Shown piece by piece: positions 61,601 through 64,000 of a DNA stretch of 64,000 nucleotides (position 1 is its first letter; the number at the start of each line of letters is the position of its first letter). The stretch covers positions 103,290-167,289 of the forward strand of contig NMRA01000325.1 in the NCBI GenBank assembly GCA_002633005.1. The letters are read 5' to 3'. A model generated the notes under the pieces. The model was not told the origin of the DNA, made no database searches, and was given only the letters and a program-made list of their open reading frames with translations. This DNA is from Phoronis australis (taxonomy: Eukaryota; Animalia; Phoronida). Made by a program: the position numbers and the translations under genes.

Positions 61601-63783
61601 CAGGCTTTGTACTTTCTGAATTGTTACACTTTTACTTAGTTGAAATCAATAGGTTTGCAGGTATTTGGTTAAATACCCAGATGTGTCAATAAGGTCCCAC
61701 ATAACCTTAAATAAGTTGATTGTAGACGTTCCATCATTAAGGTATCTTACCATTGGACTTCTTTTAGGTCCACGATGTGTTCAACAGAAAACTCGATTCT
61801 CAACAAGTGACTATCGACACAAGGTTATTACAGCTGTGGAGTTCAGGAACCGGTTTGCTGAAAGGCCGTATATCTGTTCCGAGCTACTGGATTCCCAGTC
61901 TATTGTAGTAAGCATATAGCTTGTGTCTGGTACTTCTTCACACACCAGCAGTTTTCTCTTCTGACACTGTCACATAGAGAGGGAGAAGTACTGCTGTCTA
62001 ATTTTAATTGTTAATCATGGTTTCATTTATGCTATCAACAGCCCTGCATAATTTAGTCTTGACATTAGCTCATATATCAAAGACTTAAAAGATTATTAGC
62101 ATTCCTTTATTAGTTACCTTCAATTCATAGCCACTAAGCACTTTTGCATTCTTGGTGTACAAGTTTTTGATATTGATATGATACAATATGAAAAACTTTA
62201 TTCCAAACACACTGTTAACACATGAAAAAATACAGCATAAAACCAGTTGACCATATAAAATTAGTGTTTTAACAAAAATACATCAGAATTATTTTGGTGT
62301 TTTGTAATGTGCACGATAGTCGTATAAATGGAATGCAATAGATTTTGAGTGGCCATGTGACTGCCCAGTGTCCATGCAGATCTTCACTACTCTAAGAGCA
62401 GACAAATATAACCCCTTGTGTAGATTCGCATGCGGTCCTCCTGCTCTCATGGCACTAGGACATTCCATTTCCAGCCTCACTATTGGTTCGTTTGTATTAC
62501 TGCCACGAGTTTGGTCAGCTCCTGGCTCCCATAGGCTGATGATTGTCACGTGTCATAAGGCTCCTTTGTTCTCAAGAAAGTTATATTTCCTGCCATCTGT
62601 ACTTCGCTTTGCAGCACTTAGGTTCGAGCTAATCTCTCTTCATTTTTCCCACCCTCTACCACCCTCTACCCTGGGTAGTTCCTCTTACCTGAGTGCTGGC
62701 GCTTTTTATTGCCCATCTTTCCAGAGATTATTATTTTATCTTTATGTTATTTGTACACTCATATTTCTTTACCTTATCAGTCATAATAAATGACCTTATA
62801 TCGCCTATACACGGTCTCCTTTGTATCTCTGGAAACGGAGCTTGCGACGCACCTATTATTTTCGGGACATATTCCGAGCATAAATAGCCATTGTAGTTCT
62901 TAACAATTGATTTCAAGCTTGTTAATTCCCATTTTTTATCACTAACTTAAAGCACTGATGTAGCGAAAAGTGTTTAAAAAATGGTTTTAAGTGTTTTTCT
63001 GAAGCGATAAAATTTGTTGTAATGAATCACCACTATTGTTTTCTCACAGGTGTTATTCTCAGATCTTCATTCAGTTAAATGGCCTTCAAAGTGGAGTTGG
63101 GAATACTGCCAAGTATTGAGCAATGGACAGTTGCAAGTTAGATCCAAAGAAGGTCATGCCTGTTTGACCCTTGCCCCTCATCAGCAGGATTTTAGTGTCC
63201 AGTTCCTGGCTAAACTCAGTTCTGATTCTAAAAGGAAGGCTGTGAAGCATCCTCTACTTGATCTTAATAAAGACTTCGACAGCATGAATCGTTCCCATTA
63301 TGGCAGAAGCAATAGTAAGACTCTTAAGTCAAATGGAAAAGACTATGTCAACAGTGACCATCGGTACACACATATTATACAGCACCATTCAATTCATAGC
63401 TACCCAGATTGCTGGTCACACCCATTGTCACTTGTACTTAATTTCTCACTGAATTATGTGGACCTCGCCATAAATCTTCAGGCAGAAGCTGACCTGAGAT
63501 CAGAATCGTATCATAATAGCAAATTTAAACACTCTGGGGAAAATGTGAGTAATGACAAACATTTGGACGAAGAAAATGGAAGCATAGTCTGCGCAGAGAA
63601 AGAAGACACTGTGTGTTCAGTTATTCCTAGGACTCTGCCACTTAGTTGCAGCAACATCCATCTCCACAAGGAGGCGCTTTCACAGCACATATTGTTAGAA
63701 GAGCATGAATCTGTGTCTAATATCACAGAAACTTGTCGACTAGAAGGTCTCAAGGTTGTCTGCTCATCTGGTGTTATCTACAG
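55592..63783 (+). CDS. C5orf34: C5orf34 homologue, 5' part (exons 55592-55601, 59808-59951/59957, 61768-61907, 63050-63783; continues beyond window)
   Basis: RQLILYDSDAVQADFTDGSRVLLSSCGSQF, CVQQKTRFSTSDYRHKVITAVEFRN and VKWPS...VRSKEGHACLTLAPHQQDFSVQFL parallel the recalled human C5orf34 N-terminus ([29 protein letters not shown] / RQRTHFVISTYREQLQRALDFRN / VRWPS...SLDGHAYLCLPRSQHEFTVHFL). Phases 1,1,0 fit. Confidence 0.88.
58175..58731. mobile_element. ~560-bp palindromic (foldback) MITE in C5orf34 intron 1
   Basis: Arms mirror throughout: gtcagctga/tcagctgacc, caaattatgcct..ttaaaccatcaaag / ctttgatggtttaa..aggcataatttg, ttaggaggcc / ggcctcctaa, centre gtccttc.ttcagttgcca / tggcaactgaatgaaggac. 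Confidence 0.8.
58971..59544. mobile_element. Palindromic member of the CGGyGTTTTCC family, TA-flanked
   Basis: ta|cggtgttttcctgt ... acaggagaacacca|ta; ~200-bp inverted arms (ctagcctgactgggctgtgctg / cagcacagcccagtcaggctag). Confidence 0.8.
59808..59957 (+). CDS. C5orf34: C5orf34 coding exon 2
   Basis: QQAVARQLILYDSDAVQADFTDGSRVLLSSCGSQFVHQYYHQCHALQG; two in-phase donors (59951 G|gtactg, 59957 G|gtgaga). Confidence 0.85.
60133..60550. mobile_element. hAT MITE with perfect 8-bp TSD
   Basis: TSD tttcacac at 60125-32 and 60551-58; TIR caggcctttatccag / ctgcataaaggcctg; repeated gggyGTCCA subterminal motifs. Confidence 0.9.
61768..61907 (+). CDS. C5orf34: C5orf34 coding exon 3
   Basis: cttcttttag|GT CCA CGA; PRCVQQKTRFSTSDYRHKVITAVEFRNRFAERPYICSELL; GTA|gtaagc. 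Confidence 0.9.
62350..62892 (+). repeat. Copy C of the structured-terminus repeat, in C5orf34 intron 3
   Basis: Homologous to 38070-38548; preceded by a zinc-knuckle-like GHVTAQCP at ~62350. Confidence 0.8.
63050..63783 (+). CDS. C5orf34: C5orf34 coding exon 4
   Basis: ttttctcacag|GTG; about 245 open codons with WPS and HACLTL...FSVQFL motifs; donor AG|gtttgt. Confidence 0.9.
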
Positions 63784-64000
63784 GTTTGTTAATTGTAATT
63801 GTTATCCACCTCTGTAGCCCATGCGCCTGTGAGTGAAGTTTTGCTTATATCTGAAATTACGTAGTGTGAGCTAGGGCATGTACATTTTTGAACAAGCAAG
63901 TTTTAAGCTTTACTTGTCCATTGCAAAATGGACGTGGATGTTTATACACTCAGTTTAACATCAAAAAGTACCGGTATGAAGATTGGACAGAAGACTGCAT

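Noticed and set aside
77-64000. Most of the short ORFs in the six-frame track
   Set aside because: Eukaryotic intronic or repeat DNA; they start at GTG/TTG, lack motifs, or are antisense shadows of real exons.

Overview
AT-rich, intron-containing animal (invertebrate, probably a marine protostome; inference) genomic DNA, not prokaryotic. Three spliced protein-coding genes can be rebuilt by hand with consistent GT-AG sites and phases. (1) A 233-aa secreted protein with a farnesoic-acid-O-methyltransferase-like (Methyltransf_FA) domain and an 8-Cys C-terminal module (+, 2867-8594). (2) A complete 503-aa RDL-like GABA-gated chloride channel subunit (-, 29207-12876, 8 coding exons, 10.3-kb last intron). 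(3) The first four coding exons of a C5orf34 homologue (+, 55592 onward, running off the window). The rest is intronic/intergenic DNA rich in decayed mobile elements: two TTAA-flanked Kolobok-type mini-elements keeping convergent KolX (P2X7-ballast-like) and THAP remnants with no visible transposase core, a ~6-kb AcademX remnant ending just upstream of C5orf34, a Penelope GIY-YIG remnant with a decayed hammerhead, tRNA-derived SINE heads, and many MITEs/foldbacks. The most intriguing non-genic signal is a three-copy repeat terminus with a conserved multi-stem fold and one compensatory base-pair change. All family assignments come from recalled motifs, not database searches. Most ORFs in the supplied track are spurious.
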